Below, piece by piece: positions 16,114-26,476 of a stretch of 64,000 nt of DNA; position 1 is the stretch's first letter; each line of letters begins with the position of its first letter. Location of the stretch: the NCBI GenBank assembly GCA_050173015.1, contig JBFXLE010000007.1, positions 64,001-128,000 on the forward strand. Reading direction: 5' to 3'. Below the pieces are notes generated by a model. The model did no database searches and was not told the origin of the DNA. It worked only from the letters and a program-made list of their open reading frames with translations. This stretch comes from Calditrichaceae bacterium (GTDB taxonomy: Bacteria > Calditrichota > Calditrichia > Calditrichales > JBFXGD01). The position numbers were made by a program, and so were the translations under genes.

Positions 16114-17544
16114 ATGACAACCTCCATTCAAAACACTATTATCAGGCTCTTTGAAGACTGGGCGAATGAACCTCATTTAAAGATATATCAACTTCCGAGA
16201 CAGGGATCCGACCGGCAGTACTTCCGCGTTTCCGGCGATAAAAAAACAGCCATCGGAGTGTATAATCCTGATCGTAAAGAAAACACCGCCTTTATCAGTT
16301 TTTCAGAACATTTTTTATCCAAAGGGTTAAATGTCCCCGAAATTTATTCTCAGAATTCAGATAAAAACAGTTATCTCATTCAGGATCTGGGCGACACCAC
16401 TCTCTTTTCATATCTGACAACCAGTCGGGAAACCGACGTGTTTCCACAACCCTTGATGAGCCTTTACAAAAAAGTAATCGACGCGCTTCCCCGATTCCAG
16501 ATCGAGGGCGGCAGAGAAATCGATTACGGTCTCTGCTATCCCCGAAGCAGCTTCGACAGACAATCGATGATGTGGGATCTTAACTATTTTAAATATTATT
16601 TTTTAAAATTGGCAAAAATCCCCTTTGATGAACAGAATCTCGAAGACGATTTTCTTAAATTTACAGATTATTTACTCGAAGCGGATCATGACTATTTTAT
16701 GTACCGGGATTTCCAGTCACGCAATATCATGATCCGGGATGATGAGCCTTTTTTTATTGATTATCAGGGCGGCAGAAAGGGCCCGCTTCAATATGATCTG
16801 GCTTCGCTCCTGTATGACGCGAAAGCCGATCTGCCAAATGAAATCCGTCAGGAGTTGCTTGAGCGGTATATGGAAACTATCGGACAACTTATTAAGTTTG
16901 ACCGCGATAAATTTCTACGGCATTATTACGGTTTTGTTCTCATCCGTATTATGCAGGCATTGGGGGCCTATGGATTTCGGGGATTCTATGAACGCAAAGA
17001 ACATTTTCTGCAAAGCGTCCCCTATGCTATTCAAAATCTCGAATGGATTCTTCGCAATACAGATCTTCCGGCCGGGATCCCGGAGCTCAAAAACGCCTGG
17101 GAACAAATGGTCCAGACCGCTGAACTGCGTCAGTTCGGACACGCGCATTTGCATCTGAATGTACGGGTACAAAGTTTTTCATACAGACGGGGGATCCCAC
17201 TGGATGAAAAAGGAAACGGCGGCGGATTTGTTTTTGACTGCCGGCTACTGCCCAATCCGGGGAGATATGATGAATATAAAGAACTGACCGGGAATGATCC
17301 TGAAGTCATTGCATTTCTGGAAAAAAAAGATGAAGTCTCATCTTTTCTGTCACAATTAAAAACGGTGATTGACCAGGCCGTTGAATCCTATCAAAAACAA
17401 AATTATACGGATTTGATGATCGCCTTCGGTTGTACCGGAGGGCAGCACCGATCGGTTTATTGCGCGAATCAGATGACCGCGCATCTCAGAGAAAAATATA
17501 ATATCAGCGTTGATCTGAGACACCGGGAGCAGGAGAGGAAGTAG
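16114..17544 (+). CDS. AmgK-like MurNAc/GlcNAc kinase (APH fold) fused to a RapZ C-terminal domain
   Basis: GSDRQYFR, QDLGD, YRDFQSRNIM, IDYQGG; C-terminal SFSYRRGIP, FVFDCRLLPNP, GCTGGQHRSV; ATG start at 16114 preferred. Confidence 0.85.
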   Translation: MTTSIQNTIIRLFEDWANEPHLKIYQLPRQGSDRQYFRVSGDKKTAIGVYNPDRKENTAFISFSEHFLSKGLNVPEIYSQNSDKNSYLIQDLGDTTLFSYLTTSRETDVFPQPLMSLYKKVIDALPRFQIEGGREIDYGLCYPRSSFDRQSMMWDLNYFKYYFLKLAKIPFDEQNLEDDFLKFTDYLLEADHDYFMYRDFQSRNIMIRDDEPFFIDYQGGRKGPLQYDLASLLYDAKADLPNEIRQELLERYMETIGQLIKFDRDKFLRHYYGFVLIRIMQALGAYGFRGFYERKEHFLQSVPYAIQNLEWILRNTDLPAGIPELKNAWEQMVQTAELRQFGHAHLHLNVRVQSFSYRRGIPLDEKGNGGGFVFDCRLLPNPGRYDEYKELTGNDPEVIAFLEKKDEVSSFLSQLKTVIDQAVESYQKQNYTDLMIAFGCTGGQHRSVYCANQMTAHLREKYNISVDLRHREQERK

Positions 17545-17579
17545 GAAGTAGGAAGTAGGAAGTAAGAAGTAGGAAGTAA
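17538..17579. repeat. Heptamer tandem repeat (GAAGTAR)6
   Basis: Six units; the first supplies the TAG stop of the upstream gene. Confidence 0.9.
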
Positions 17580-17786
17580 GAATTTTAAGAAAAAAGATAA
17601 AAGAAAAAAGAGTAGAGGTGCAGCACACATGGGCCGCCCGGGCATATTCACGACAGGCCACCATACTTGTCATCCTGGAAGGATCTTTTGCTTTCTCGGT
17701 TGATTCTGTGGTAAATCCCAAATTAACTGACGCGATTCTTCGGGGCGAATTTTCTGTTAAAGCTAAAGCATTAACCCTCCCCTCGA

Positions 17787-17814
17787 TCCCCTCCCTTATG
17801 CATAAGGGAGGGGA
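17787..17814. repeat. Perfect 28-bp palindrome (REP-like)
   Basis: TCCCCTCCCTTATG|CATAAGGGAGGGGA. Confidence 0.85.
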
Positions 17815-17871
17815 AGGGCATGATTTATCAGGCCCGGGGTGGGTTAGAAGAAGCTAAAAGTAAGAAAAAGG

Positions 17872-17907
17872 ATAAAAGAAAAAAGAAAAAAGAAAAAAGA
17901 AAAAAGA
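17872..17907. repeat. Heptamer tandem repeat (AAAAAAG)n
   Basis: Seen directly; a similar run lies at ~17589-17610. Confidence 0.8.
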
Positions 17908-18079
17908 GTTAAGAGAAAATAGTGTAAGAGTTTTTGATAATACCGTTTTGATGCGTTGTTTTTGCAGTAATGAGTTAATGCATCTCATTCCGATGCTTCA
18001 ATTTTTGAGGGAGAGTGAAATTTTAAGTTCTTAAAACTCGGCAAAAATGTGATTAAAGAAGAAGGCTAAAACTTAATCA

Positions 18080-18820
18080 ATGAAAGCGATGATATTCGCG
18101 GCGGGACTGGGAACCAGGCTTCACCCGTTAACCGCCGGAAAACCGAAAGCCCTGGTGGAAATTGCCGGGATACCGATGATTGACCGACTGATCCGCCGCT
18201 TAATATATTTTGGCTTCGATGAGCTTATCATCAATGTTCACCATTTTGCCGATCAGATTATTTCCCATATCAAATCAAAAAATGACTATGGAATACGGAT
18301 TGAAATTTCGGTGGAAGATACACTTCTTGATACGGGGGGCGGGCTGCAAAAGGCAGCCTGGTTTTTTGATGACCAACAACCATTTCTGGTCCACAACGTT
18401 GATGTTCTCTCCGATCTTGATTTGAGAAATTTAATGAATCAGCATCAGCAGACCGGCCCTCTCGCCACCCTCGCGGTCAGAGATCGCAAAACATCACGTT
18501 ATCTCCTGTTTGACAAGAATGACCAATTATGCGGGTGGAGATCCATACGGGAACAGAAAACCATCATTACCCGCCAGTCCGGTGAACTGATCCCCCTGTC
18601 ATTTACGGGTATCCAGATACTTGATCCTGAAATCTTAGGTCTAATTAATGAAACTCCTCCTTTTCCGATTATTGAATTATATCTCAGACTCGCGGGACTA
18701 AACAAACATCTTCAGGGCTTCAGGGCTGATCAGTCAAGATGGATTGACCTGGGTAATACCATAAATTTGGAACTTGCCGAAACGTTATTCAAAAATGATT
18801 TCAGGAACGATAAATTCTAA
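18080..18820 (+). CDS. MurU-like sugar-phosphate nucleotidyltransferase
   Basis: MKAMIFAAGLGTRL..PKALV, LLDTGGGL, HNVD, WIDLG; downstream of the AmgK-like kinase. Confidence 0.85.
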   Translation: MKAMIFAAGLGTRLHPLTAGKPKALVEIAGIPMIDRLIRRLIYFGFDELIINVHHFADQIISHIKSKNDYGIRIEISVEDTLLDTGGGLQKAAWFFDDQQPFLVHNVDVLSDLDLRNLMNQHQQTGPLATLAVRDRKTSRYLLFDKNDQLCGWRSIREQKTIITRQSGELIPLSFTGIQILDPEILGLINETPPFPIIELYLRLAGLNKHLQGFRADQSRWIDLGNTINLELAETLFKNDFRNDKF

Positions 18821-19056
18821 TCCTTGCATTTTATATAGAATTCTTTAAGTTTAAACCTAACTATTACAAACATAAAATAATAGTCTAATACTAAATGACA
18901 TTTTAATCTATATATTGCACATTAATTATTTTTGGGGGATTATCTTGCAGGGTAGTGCAGTGACGGTCATCATGGATAATTTATCCATTCAGGGTATATT
19001 AATAAAACAGTTCTCAAATCCGGCACCCGCCGATCATTTAATAAAACAGGATTTGA

Positions 19057-19464
19057 ATGGACTCTCCAGCTGAAAGACGAACACTGCACCGAATTGAAAT
19101 ACCCGGGACAAAAGTGGTGTATAGAAAACCCGGGGGGATTGATTTATTTAACACCTATTCAAAACCTGTTGAATTAATCAATATCTCGAAAGGCGGTATG
19201 TGTATCACTGTTACAGAGTCCTTTGATTTTGGTGATTCTTTGGCCATGAAAGTCTATTTCCCCGACGGTGAAAAATTAAAATTAAAGGGCCAGGTACGGT
19301 GGCAAAAACCTGAATCATCCAATGGTTCATACACGGTGGGAATACAGTTTTTTGCCTTTGGATATCAAAGAAAATACAACGCCGTCAAATCCCTGGATTA
19401 TCTTCGTACCCTCAAAGACCAGTCTGTGTCCGCGGCAAAGCAACAAGTAAATGCTGAGGTCTGA
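19057..19464 (+). CDS. PilZ domain protein
   Basis: ERRTLHRI (RxxxR) and NISKGG (D/NxSxxG). Confidence 0.8.
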   Translation: MDSPAERRTLHRIEIPGTKVVYRKPGGIDLFNTYSKPVELINISKGGMCITVTESFDFGDSLAMKVYFPDGEKLKLKGQVRWQKPESSNGSYTVGIQFFAFGYQRKYNAVKSLDYLRTLKDQSVSAAKQQVNAEV

Positions 19465-19469
19465 CAATC

Positions 19470-20633
19470 CTATTCCCTGCTATCGATTTTATAAATATAA
19501 CCGTCAAACGCGCAAATATATAACATCCCCGCGCTATCCATCCCAAAAGATGAAATATTTAACCTTGAATCGCTCAAAAGCCAGTGATCCTTCACCTTTC
19601 CGTTTTCATACCGAATCGACCAGATTTTTCCCGAAACATAGTCCGCGTACAAATACGCGCCTTTCAGGAAGTATGGTTTCTCATTTGTATAGAAACAACC
19701 GCCGGTAATGGATTGCCCCACATCGTGATTATATTCCAGAATAGGTATCTCCAGACCTGTTGTATCGCAATTTTGCGCCGGATTGTAGCAGGCGGTTCCC
19801 TCCATAATATTCCAGCCGTAATTTTTTCCTTTTTTAACAATATCGATTTCTTCAAGCCGGTTTTGCCCCACATCCGCTGCCCATAGTTCCCCGGTGACAG
19901 GATGAAAGGCAAAACGCCATGGATTTCTTAGACCATAGGCAAATATTTCTTCTCTGTCACCGGCCCGGTTACCCGCAAATGGATTATCGGGCGGAATTGA
20001 ATAATTTCTCTTCTGATCCGATTGATCGACATTGATTCTTAGAATCGATCCCAAAAGAGATTTTTTATTCTGTCCGTTTCCGTATGGATCACCGGCTGCT
20101 CCTCCGTCACCGACGCCGATATACAGATATCCATCGGGACCAAAGAGAACCTGTCCTCCATTATGATTACCAAACGGCTGATCAAACTCCAGGATAATTT
20201 TTTCGCTCCCGTGATCTGCTTTACGCGGATCCGTTTTGTCCGCCGTATATCGCGCGATAACAGTCCGTCGGGGTTTCGCGGCTGTGTAATTGAGATAAAA
20301 GTAGCCATTGGTTTTATACTCAGGGTGAAATGCCAGTCCCAGCAAACCTTCTTCGTTTCCTGAGTCATTTACTTTCTCCGTAATATCCAAAAATAGTTTT
20401 TTTTCACGGATTTCAGGTTGATTTTGAAATACAAATATCCTTCCCGACTGCTCTGCAACAAAAATCCGGTCTGTTCCGTCCGCCGGACTCTGGAAATCAA
20501 CCGGTCGGGTAAACCTTAACTCCGGATACGCTTTTACTATGCGTATCTTTTCAGGAGGGGAAACCGAGCGGTCATCTGCCAGACATCCGGATGAAATATA
20601 CATCGTGAAAATAAGCATCATGTAGGTTCGCAT
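19470..20633 (-). CDS. PQQ-dependent sugar dehydrogenase (GSDH family)
   Basis: EEGLLGLAFHP, NHNGG, GPDGYLYIGVGDGG, AYGLRNPWR, NYGW. Confidence 0.9.
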   Translation of the reverse strand: MRTYMMLIFTMYISSGCLADDRSVSPPEKIRIVKAYPELRFTRPVDFQSPADGTDRIFVAEQSGRIFVFQNQPEIREKKLFLDITEKVNDSGNEEGLLGLAFHPEYKTNGYFYLNYTAAKPRRTVIARYTADKTDPRKADHGSEKIILEFDQPFGNHNGGQVLFGPDGYLYIGVGDGGAAGDPYGNGQNKKSLLGSILRINVDQSDQKRNYSIPPDNPFAGNRAGDREEIFAYGLRNPWRFAFHPVTGELWAADVGQNRLEEIDIVKKGKNYGWNIMEGTACYNPAQNCDTTGLEIPILEYNHDVGQSITGGCFYTNEKPYFLKGAYLYADYVSGKIWSIRYENGKVKDHWLLSDSRLNISSFGMDSAGMLYICAFDGYIYKIDSRE

Positions 20634-20785
20634 ATCTCAAAAATCTCCTATTATAAAGTCACATTTTGTTTTGTTATTGTATAACTCTTCTATATCTCAA
20701 AGCGTTTGATCGTTAAAAGTTATTTTTCTATATTTAATTAAATCCACATGTATTTATAATTTCACTCTTAATCTGAGAATGATTT

Positions 20786-22024
20786 ATGAAAATTCAACTT
20801 CATTGGCAGATACTTATCGCGCTGATTCTCGGCATTTTGTTCGCTTTCATTTCCAGGATTTTTCATTTTGAGACTTTTGTAATCGATGATGTCTCCATAC
20901 TCGGCACCATCTTTCTTCGCGCCCTGCGTATGATTATAGTGCCGCTCATTGTCTCTTCCATCATCTCCGGAGTAACCAGTATCGGCAGCGCCGAAAACTT
21001 TGGCCGGATGAGTTTGAAAACTTTTACTTACTACATTTCCACCAGTTTGCTGGCTATTCTCACCGGCCTGATATTGGTCAATTTAATTCAACCCGGTGTC
21101 GGGGCGGAGCTGGGATTCGAAAAAATACCCGACGAACTAAGCGCGAATGTCGAAAGACTCGGCGACACGCTCATGGGAATCATACCGACAAATCCCCTGG
21201 CTTCTATGGTCAACGGCGATATCCTGCCAACGATTTTTTTCTCATTATTATTCGGATTTTTTATTACCCGCGCGCCGGAACCGTACAATCAGAAATTAAC
21301 AGATTTTTTTCAGGGTGTTTTTGAAGTTATGATGAAACTTGCTCATTTCATAATCCTTTTTACTCCGATCGGGGTGTTCTCACTCATGGCAAAAATCGTC
21401 GCTCAAACCGGTACTGATGTCTTTCTGCCGCTTGGCGGATATATGATCACGGTTATTCTGGCGCTGTTGATCCACGCGGTAATAACACTTCCGGCGTTAT
21501 TATATTTTATTGGCGGTATCAATCCTCTTTTACACGTAAAAGCAATGTCCGCTGCGCTGATGACCGCATTTTCGACATCATCTTCTTCGGTTACTTTACC
21601 TCTGACCATAGACTGCATCGAAAACAACGCCGGCGCTTCCAATAAAGTGAGCAGTTTTGTTCTCCCGCTGGGCGCTACGATTAATATGGACGGAACCGCT
21701 CTTTACGAATGTGTGGCCGCCATGTTTATCGCTCAGGCTTATGGGATTGAACTGGGATTTACTCAGCAGTTCATTATTGTGTTAACCGCCCTGCTCGCCA
21801 GCATCGGAGCTGCGGGTATCCCGATGGCCGGTTTGGTAATGATGACAATTATCCTCGGCGCCGTCGGCTTGCCGCTGGAGGGTCTTGGTTTAATTCTGGC
21901 CGTGGACCGGGTACTCGATATGATGCGTACTTCTGTAAATGTCTGGAGTGATTCATGCGGAACAATTATAATTGCCAGAAGCGAGGGGGAGCAAAATTTA
22001 AAAGTATCGCGGTCCAATTTTTGA
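20786..22024 (+). CDS. Dicarboxylate/amino acid:cation symporter (GltP/DAACS)
   Basis: TAFSTSSSSVTLP, PLGATINMDGTAL, SIGAAGIP, VDRVLDMMRT. Confidence 0.92.
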   Translation: MKIQLHWQILIALILGILFAFISRIFHFETFVIDDVSILGTIFLRALRMIIVPLIVSSIISGVTSIGSAENFGRMSLKTFTYYISTSLLAILTGLILVNLIQPGVGAELGFEKIPDELSANVERLGDTLMGIIPTNPLASMVNGDILPTIFFSLLFGFFITRAPEPYNQKLTDFFQGVFEVMMKLAHFIILFTPIGVFSLMAKIVAQTGTDVFLPLGGYMITVILALLIHAVITLPALLYFIGGINPLLHVKAMSAALMTAFSTSSSSVTLPLTIDCIENNAGASNKVSSFVLPLGATINMDGTALYECVAAMFIAQAYGIELGFTQQFIIVLTALLASIGAAGIPMAGLVMMTIILGAVGLPLEGLGLILAVDRVLDMMRTSVNVWSDSCGTIIIARSEGEQNLKVSRSNF

Positions 22025-22128
22025 ATTCAGTACGTTAATTTAGATTAGTTTTGTTTAATCACTGATTATGCCATCTTCAGACTTTCTCGGCTGAAGTCTC
22101 TGTATCATTTTATCCAAAGGCTGTTTAT

Positions 22129-22839
22129 ATGGAAATTTCTCTTTCATACCGGGACTCTGTAAGTCTGCTCAAAATTCTGAGTGGCCGCCGGGATATTACT
22201 CCCACAATAAATTTAAAAAATAATCTGCTGACATATTTTGATGAAGCGAATGAAAAAATATTTGATTTTCGTCCTCCTCTCCCCTTTCCGCAAATCCAAT
22301 CAGTTAGCGATCCCGCTTATTATTCAGATTTGCAGAATACCCTGCCGCCGCCGTACCTGATTATATTAATTCAGGCCGGTAACAGCGCTCTTGCATATAC
22401 TAAAGAAGGTAAAATCGAAAAACATAAAGTTATAAAAAAATATATGGTCCGAAAAAAACAGGGCAAATCCCAGATATCCTTTTTGAAGACAAAGGGAAAA
22501 TCACGGGCGGGCTCAAGAGTTCGGCTTGCGAATACAGTACTGTTTTTCGAAGAGATTAATGAAAAACTGCTGGAGTGGACAAAGGGGAACGATATCGGGC
22601 GAATCCTTTACAGCTGGCCGGTGTCCATGACGGCGTTAATATTTAATTCAAAAATCAAGCCTCCCTTTGAAAAAAAAGACAGTCGTCTGATAAAGATTCC
22701 GATGGATGTGAATATTCCAAATTTTGCGGAAATCCAGAGGGTTAACCGGTTTGTGATAACCGGAATTCTCAGACAGTACAAAGAAAACTATCTTGTCAAA
22801 GATTTGCTGGGAGAAATTGAAAAGGTCTCACAAATATAA
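22129..22839 (+). CDS. bVLRF1 (Vms1/ANKZF1-like release factor 1) family protein
   Basis: ILIQAG, HKVIKKYMVRKKQGKSQ (VLRF1 catalytic loop), KGKSRAGSRVRL, PFEKKDSRLIKIP. Confidence 0.8.
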   Translation: MEISLSYRDSVSLLKILSGRRDITPTINLKNNLLTYFDEANEKIFDFRPPLPFPQIQSVSDPAYYSDLQNTLPPPYLIILIQAGNSALAYTKEGKIEKHKVIKKYMVRKKQGKSQISFLKTKGKSRAGSRVRLANTVLFFEEINEKLLEWTKGNDIGRILYSWPVSMTALIFNSKIKPPFEKKDSRLIKIPMDVNIPNFAEIQRVNRFVITGILRQYKENYLVKDLLGEIEKVSQI

Positions 22840-22869
22840 AAAAGGCCGGCCCATCATATTGAGCCGACC
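22838..22869 (-). terminator. Intrinsic terminator
   Basis: Minus strand GGTCGGCTCA-ATATGA-TGGGCCGGCC followed by a T run. Confidence 0.65.
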
Positions 22870-22905
22870 GTTGTGGGGGTATTAAGATTTTTGACAATAG
22901 AACCG

Positions 22906-23427
22906 TTAGTTGTTTTTACCGGCTTGTTTCACATTTCCCTTTGGACCCGTGCCGTCACACTCACCGGAGCCTTCCCCTAAACCTTCTCCGCTCTGAATTT
23001 TACCCTGCATTTTACCATACTGGTTCTGCATTCCTGTTCCATCGGCGGGAGGTGTATAATCTTCATCCTGGCCATTTGGTATGCCGTCGCCGTCTGCGTC
23101 CGGAGCGTTGTCATTAAATCCGTCGCCGTCTTCATCGATATAACCACCGACACCATGCCCTCCCCGCGCTTTGGGACCTGTGTAATCTTCATCGATGGCA
23201 TTTGGAATGCCGTCGCCGTCATGATCCGGCGCGTTGTCATTATATCCGTCGCCATTTTCATCGACAAAATTGAATTTGGATTGTACCTGTGTTTTATTTT
23301 GCGTAGCCGTTTTCACTTGATTCTTGTGACGATTCTGATTTTTTACTTCAAGCGAATCCTGTGCGTTGGCTTCAGCAAAAAAGGCAATAAATAGTAAAGC
23401 CATGATAATTCCTGATAAACGTTTCAT
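22906..23427 (-). CDS. Secreted low-complexity protein with Ca-binding thrombospondin type 3-like repeats
   Basis: Signal peptide; DENGDGYNDNAPDHDGDGIPN and DEDGDGFNDNAPDADGDGIPN; start 23427 after RBS GGAGG. Confidence 0.75.
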   Translation of the reverse strand: MKRLSGIIMALLFIAFFAEANAQDSLEVKNQNRHKNQVKTATQNKTQVQSKFNFVDENGDGYNDNAPDHDGDGIPNAIDEDYTGPKARGGHGVGGYIDEDGDGFNDNAPDADGDGIPNGQDEDYTPPADGTGMQNQYGKMQGKIQSGEGLGEGSGECDGTGPKGNVKQAGKNN

Positions 23428-23474
23428 TTTTAATCCTCCGATGATTAATGAATATGTTAATTTATTATCCATTA

Positions 23475-23492
23475 ATGCCAATGCTGTGCCAA
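23475..23492 (-). promoter_or_regulatory. Putative sigma-54 promoter
   Basis: TTGGCAC-AGCAT-TGGCAT, one mismatch to TGGCAC-N5-TTGC, ~50 bp upstream of the ATG at 23427. Confidence 0.5.
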
Positions 23493-23642
23493 AAATTATT
23501 ATATATTGTTTTTATTGTGTTTAGGGGACTTATTATTAAATGTGATAATATAATAATTCGACGAGATGGTAGATAAAAAACAGATTGTGGTCGAATCTTT
23601 CGGAATTTCCCGGCTAAAATGAAGAAGTATTTTGACAAAAAC

Positions 23643-23667
23643 AAAAAAACCCGGCATGGCCGGGTTT
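23643..23667 (-). terminator. Intrinsic terminator after rocD
   Basis: AAACCCGGC-ATG-GCCGGGTTT with a T run on the minus strand. Confidence 0.75.
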
Positions 23668-23676
23668 CATAAGGGA

Positions 23677-24882
23677 CTATCCTTCAAGCACTTTTTTGAT
23701 ACGATCGAATGCCCAATCGATTTCTTCTTTTTTTATGACCAGAGGCGGGGCAAGGCGAATCACATTTTCATGGGTTTCTTTACACAACAACCCTTCCTTT
23801 TTTAATGCTTCACAGAACGGTCTCGCGCCGCCCGCTTCTTTGTTGAGTTCAATTGCGACGAACAATCCCCTGCCCCGGTATTCCTTTACATGCTTACTCT
23901 TCAAAGTACGCAGTAATTCGAGCAGATAATGACCCAATTCTTCGGACCTGGATGGCAATTTTTCTTCAACAATCACATTCAATGCTTCCCGGGCGATGGC
24001 GCAGGCCAACGGATTGCCGCCAAATGTACTGCCGTGCTGTCCCGGTTCAAACACACTCATTACCTCCTTTTTTCCAACCACGGCAGATACAGGGTAAAAG
24101 CCGCCCGACAATGCTTTACCAATGATAACCAAATCGGGTTTTTCTATATCTTCATGCTGATACGCGAACATTTTCCCCGTTCTTCCCAAACCGGTCTGAA
24201 TTTCATCAGCGACAAACAACACATTATTTTCAGAACAATATTCACTTGCGCCTTTTAAATATCCTGCAGGAGGAATTTTAATACCCGCTTCACCCTGGAT
24301 CGGTTCAAACATGAAGGCAACGGTATTTTTGTTTACCGCTTTTTTAAAAGCGTCCAGATCTCCGTAAGGCACAACTACAAATCCGGGAGTAAAAGGCCCG
24401 AATCCGTCCTTATAATCGTCTTCGGTTGAGAATCCAACAATGGTGGTCGTTCTTCCATGAAAATTATCAGCGCATACGATTATTTCAGCTTTTCCTTCCG
24501 GAACCCCCTTGACCTTATAACCCCATTTTCTTGCCGCCTTTATCGCTGTTTCAACTGCCTCCGCCCCTGAATTCATCGGCAGCACCATGTCCTGTTCACT
24601 TATTTCAGCCAGTTGTTTATAGAAGTAACCAAGCTGATCATTTCTGAACGCTCTGGATGTTAACGTTACTTTTTTTAGCTGCTCCGCCGCAGCCTCCATA
24701 ATCCGCGGGTGACAATGTCCCTGGTTCACAGCTGAATAGGCGCTAAGAAAATCCATATATTTCTTGCCTTCCACATCGGTTACCCAGACTCCTTCTGCTC
24801 TTGAAATAACGATATCAAGCGGATGGTAGTTATGCGCTCCGTATTGTTCCTCAAGCGCTATATAATCTTTGGTTTGCATCAT
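23677..24882 (-). CDS. rocD: Ornithine--oxo-acid transaminase
   Basis: [60 protein letters not shown]. Confidence 0.93.
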   Translation of the reverse strand: MMQTKDYIALEEQYGAHNYHPLDIVISRAEGVWVTDVEGKKYMDFLSAYSAVNQGHCHPRIMEAAAEQLKKVTLTSRAFRNDQLGYFYKQLAEISEQDMVLPMNSGAEAVETAIKAARKWGYKVKGVPEGKAEIIVCADNFHGRTTTIVGFSTEDDYKDGFGPFTPGFVVVPYGDLDAFKKAVNKNTVAFMFEPIQGEAGIKIPPAGYLKGASEYCSENNVLFVADEIQTGLGRTGKMFAYQHEDIEKPDLVIIGKALSGGFYPVSAVVGKKEVMSVFEPGQHGSTFGGNPLACAIAREALNVIVEEKLPSRSEELGHYLLELLRTLKSKHVKEYRGRGLFVAIELNKEAGGARPFCEALKKEGLLCKETHENVIRLAPPLVIKKEEIDWAFDRIKKVLEG

Positions 24883-24917
24883 TACTCCTTTATGATTTCC
24901 TTTATTTAATAGATTTA

Positions 24918-25634
24918 TTATGGATTTGACGGTCGTATATCAATTTCACTGACCATTGCCCTTTGCGGCATTTTGATCATGTGTAAAACACTTTCCGCTA
25001 CATCTTCCGGTCTCAGTATGTTGTTTCGCCTGGGTTCAGGCGTATTATTCTCATCATTAAAAAATTCGGTGTCAACACTACCCGGGCAGATTGCCAGAAC
25101 ACGAATTCCGTTTTTGCGTTCTTCAAGCATCAGACACCGGCTGAAGCCTATAACCGCGTGTTTCGTCGCCGCGTATCCCCCGCCACCGATAAAAGCATTT
25201 CGTCCGGCAAGAGAGGCGATGTTCACAATAACAGACTCTCCTGACTTCCGCAAATATGGAAGAGCTTCTCTCGTCGAAAGAAATAATCCCCGCACATTGA
25301 GATTAAACATCTCGTCCCATTTGTCAGTAGGCATCTCAGCAACACTACTGAAGTATCCCAATCCGGCGTTATTAATCAAAATATCTACTCCACCAAAGGC
25401 ATCAACTGTTTTTTTAACAAAGTTTCTGATGTCATCTTCCCTGCTCATGTCACCGGTATAGTCGATGACGCTTGCTCCTTTATCCTTGAGCATGGCGGAA
25501 GTTTCCGATAAGCTCTTTGCGCCGCGGGCGGAGATGGCGATTTTTGCTCCTTCCTCAGCGAGAGCAAGCGCGATGGATTTTCCGATTCCTTTGCTTGCTC
25601 CTGTAACCAGAGCAATTTTATCTTGAATCTTCAT
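24918..25634 (-). CDS. SDR family oxidoreductase
   Basis: [17 protein letters not shown]. Confidence 0.9.
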   Translation of the reverse strand: MKIQDKIALVTGASKGIGKSIALALAEEGAKIAISARGAKSLSETSAMLKDKGASVIDYTGDMSREDDIRNFVKKTVDAFGGVDILINNAGLGYFSSVAEMPTDKWDEMFNLNVRGLFLSTREALPYLRKSGESVIVNIASLAGRNAFIGGGGYAATKHAVIGFSRCLMLEERKNGIRVLAICPGSVDTEFFNDENNTPEPRRNNILRPEDVAESVLHMIKMPQRAMVSEIDIRPSNP

Positions 25635-25823
25635 AATTTCCCCCTTCAAATTTATAAATTTAATAAAATTTAATATGGTTTTCTATCAAATTTAACATTA
25701 TTCGACATGACTAAGGTCATTAATGAGGGATATAATTGCTTCTTCCGTCAGGAGATGACGAAAATCAACCAGCAATCTATATCTGACGGCGAATCTGACA
25801 AGTGTATGCTATAAAATATCGGC

Positions 25824-26429
25824 CTACTTAAATTTATCCGGTTTTATAATGCCGCCTGAAACGACCCATTTCATGCCCTCTTCTACGGTAATATTCAGCG
25901 GAATTGTTTTATTCTCCGGAACCATGATAAAGAATCCTGACGTTGGATTTATGGCAGCCAGAACCAGCACATTTAATTTTTTAACCGACTCACCGGGAAA
26001 CATAATTTCGCCATTAACGAACCCTACCGACCAGATCCCCTCACCCGGATATTCCACAAACACAACCCGTTGAAAAGACTGTTTTTCCTTCTTGGAAAAA
26101 GTCTCCATCAGTTGTTTTGACGCGGAATAGACTACTTTTGCAATCGGGATCTTATACATCAATTTTTCTCCCCAGTTCAGGAGCCGCCCAATTAAGATAT
26201 TGCTCGTCAAAAGGCCTATAAACCAGATAAGAATAATTGTGATGACCAGCCCGATTCCAACCGGCCAGAATCCAAGAAATGGTTCTAAAACGGGTCTGAT
26301 AAGATTATCCAGGGAAATAAAAATTGCTTTTATTACAATAAAGGTGATTACCAGAGGCACAACAATAAGCACCCCGGAAATCAGATAACCTTTACTTTTG
26401 CCCTTAATTTTATAATACAGTTTTGTCAT
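25824..26429 (-). CDS. DUF502 membrane protein
   Basis: KIPIAKVVYSASKQL, VVFVEYP, NPTSGF, EEGMKWVVSGG. Confidence 0.85.
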   Translation of the reverse strand: MTKLYYKIKGKSKGYLISGVLIVVPLVITFIVIKAIFISLDNLIRPVLEPFLGFWPVGIGLVITIILIWFIGLLTSNILIGRLLNWGEKLMYKIPIAKVVYSASKQLMETFSKKEKQSFQRVVFVEYPGEGIWSVGFVNGEIMFPGESVKKLNVLVLAAINPTSGFFIMVPENKTIPLNITVEEGMKWVVSGGIIKPDKFK

Positions 26430-26441
26430 TCTATCTCACAT

Positions 26442-26467
26442 AAAAAAAGCCCGGCACTCGGCCGGGC
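26442..26467 (-). terminator. Intrinsic terminator
   Basis: GCCCGGC-N5-GCCGGGC followed by T7 on the minus strand. Confidence 0.75.
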
Positions 26468-26476
26468 ATGGGTTGA

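Noticed and set aside
17356-17857. ORFs 17356-17721, 17469-17651 and 17618-17857
   Set aside because: They are translations of heptamer repeats and palindromes (LLPTSYF, TTESTE) with no protein-like content.
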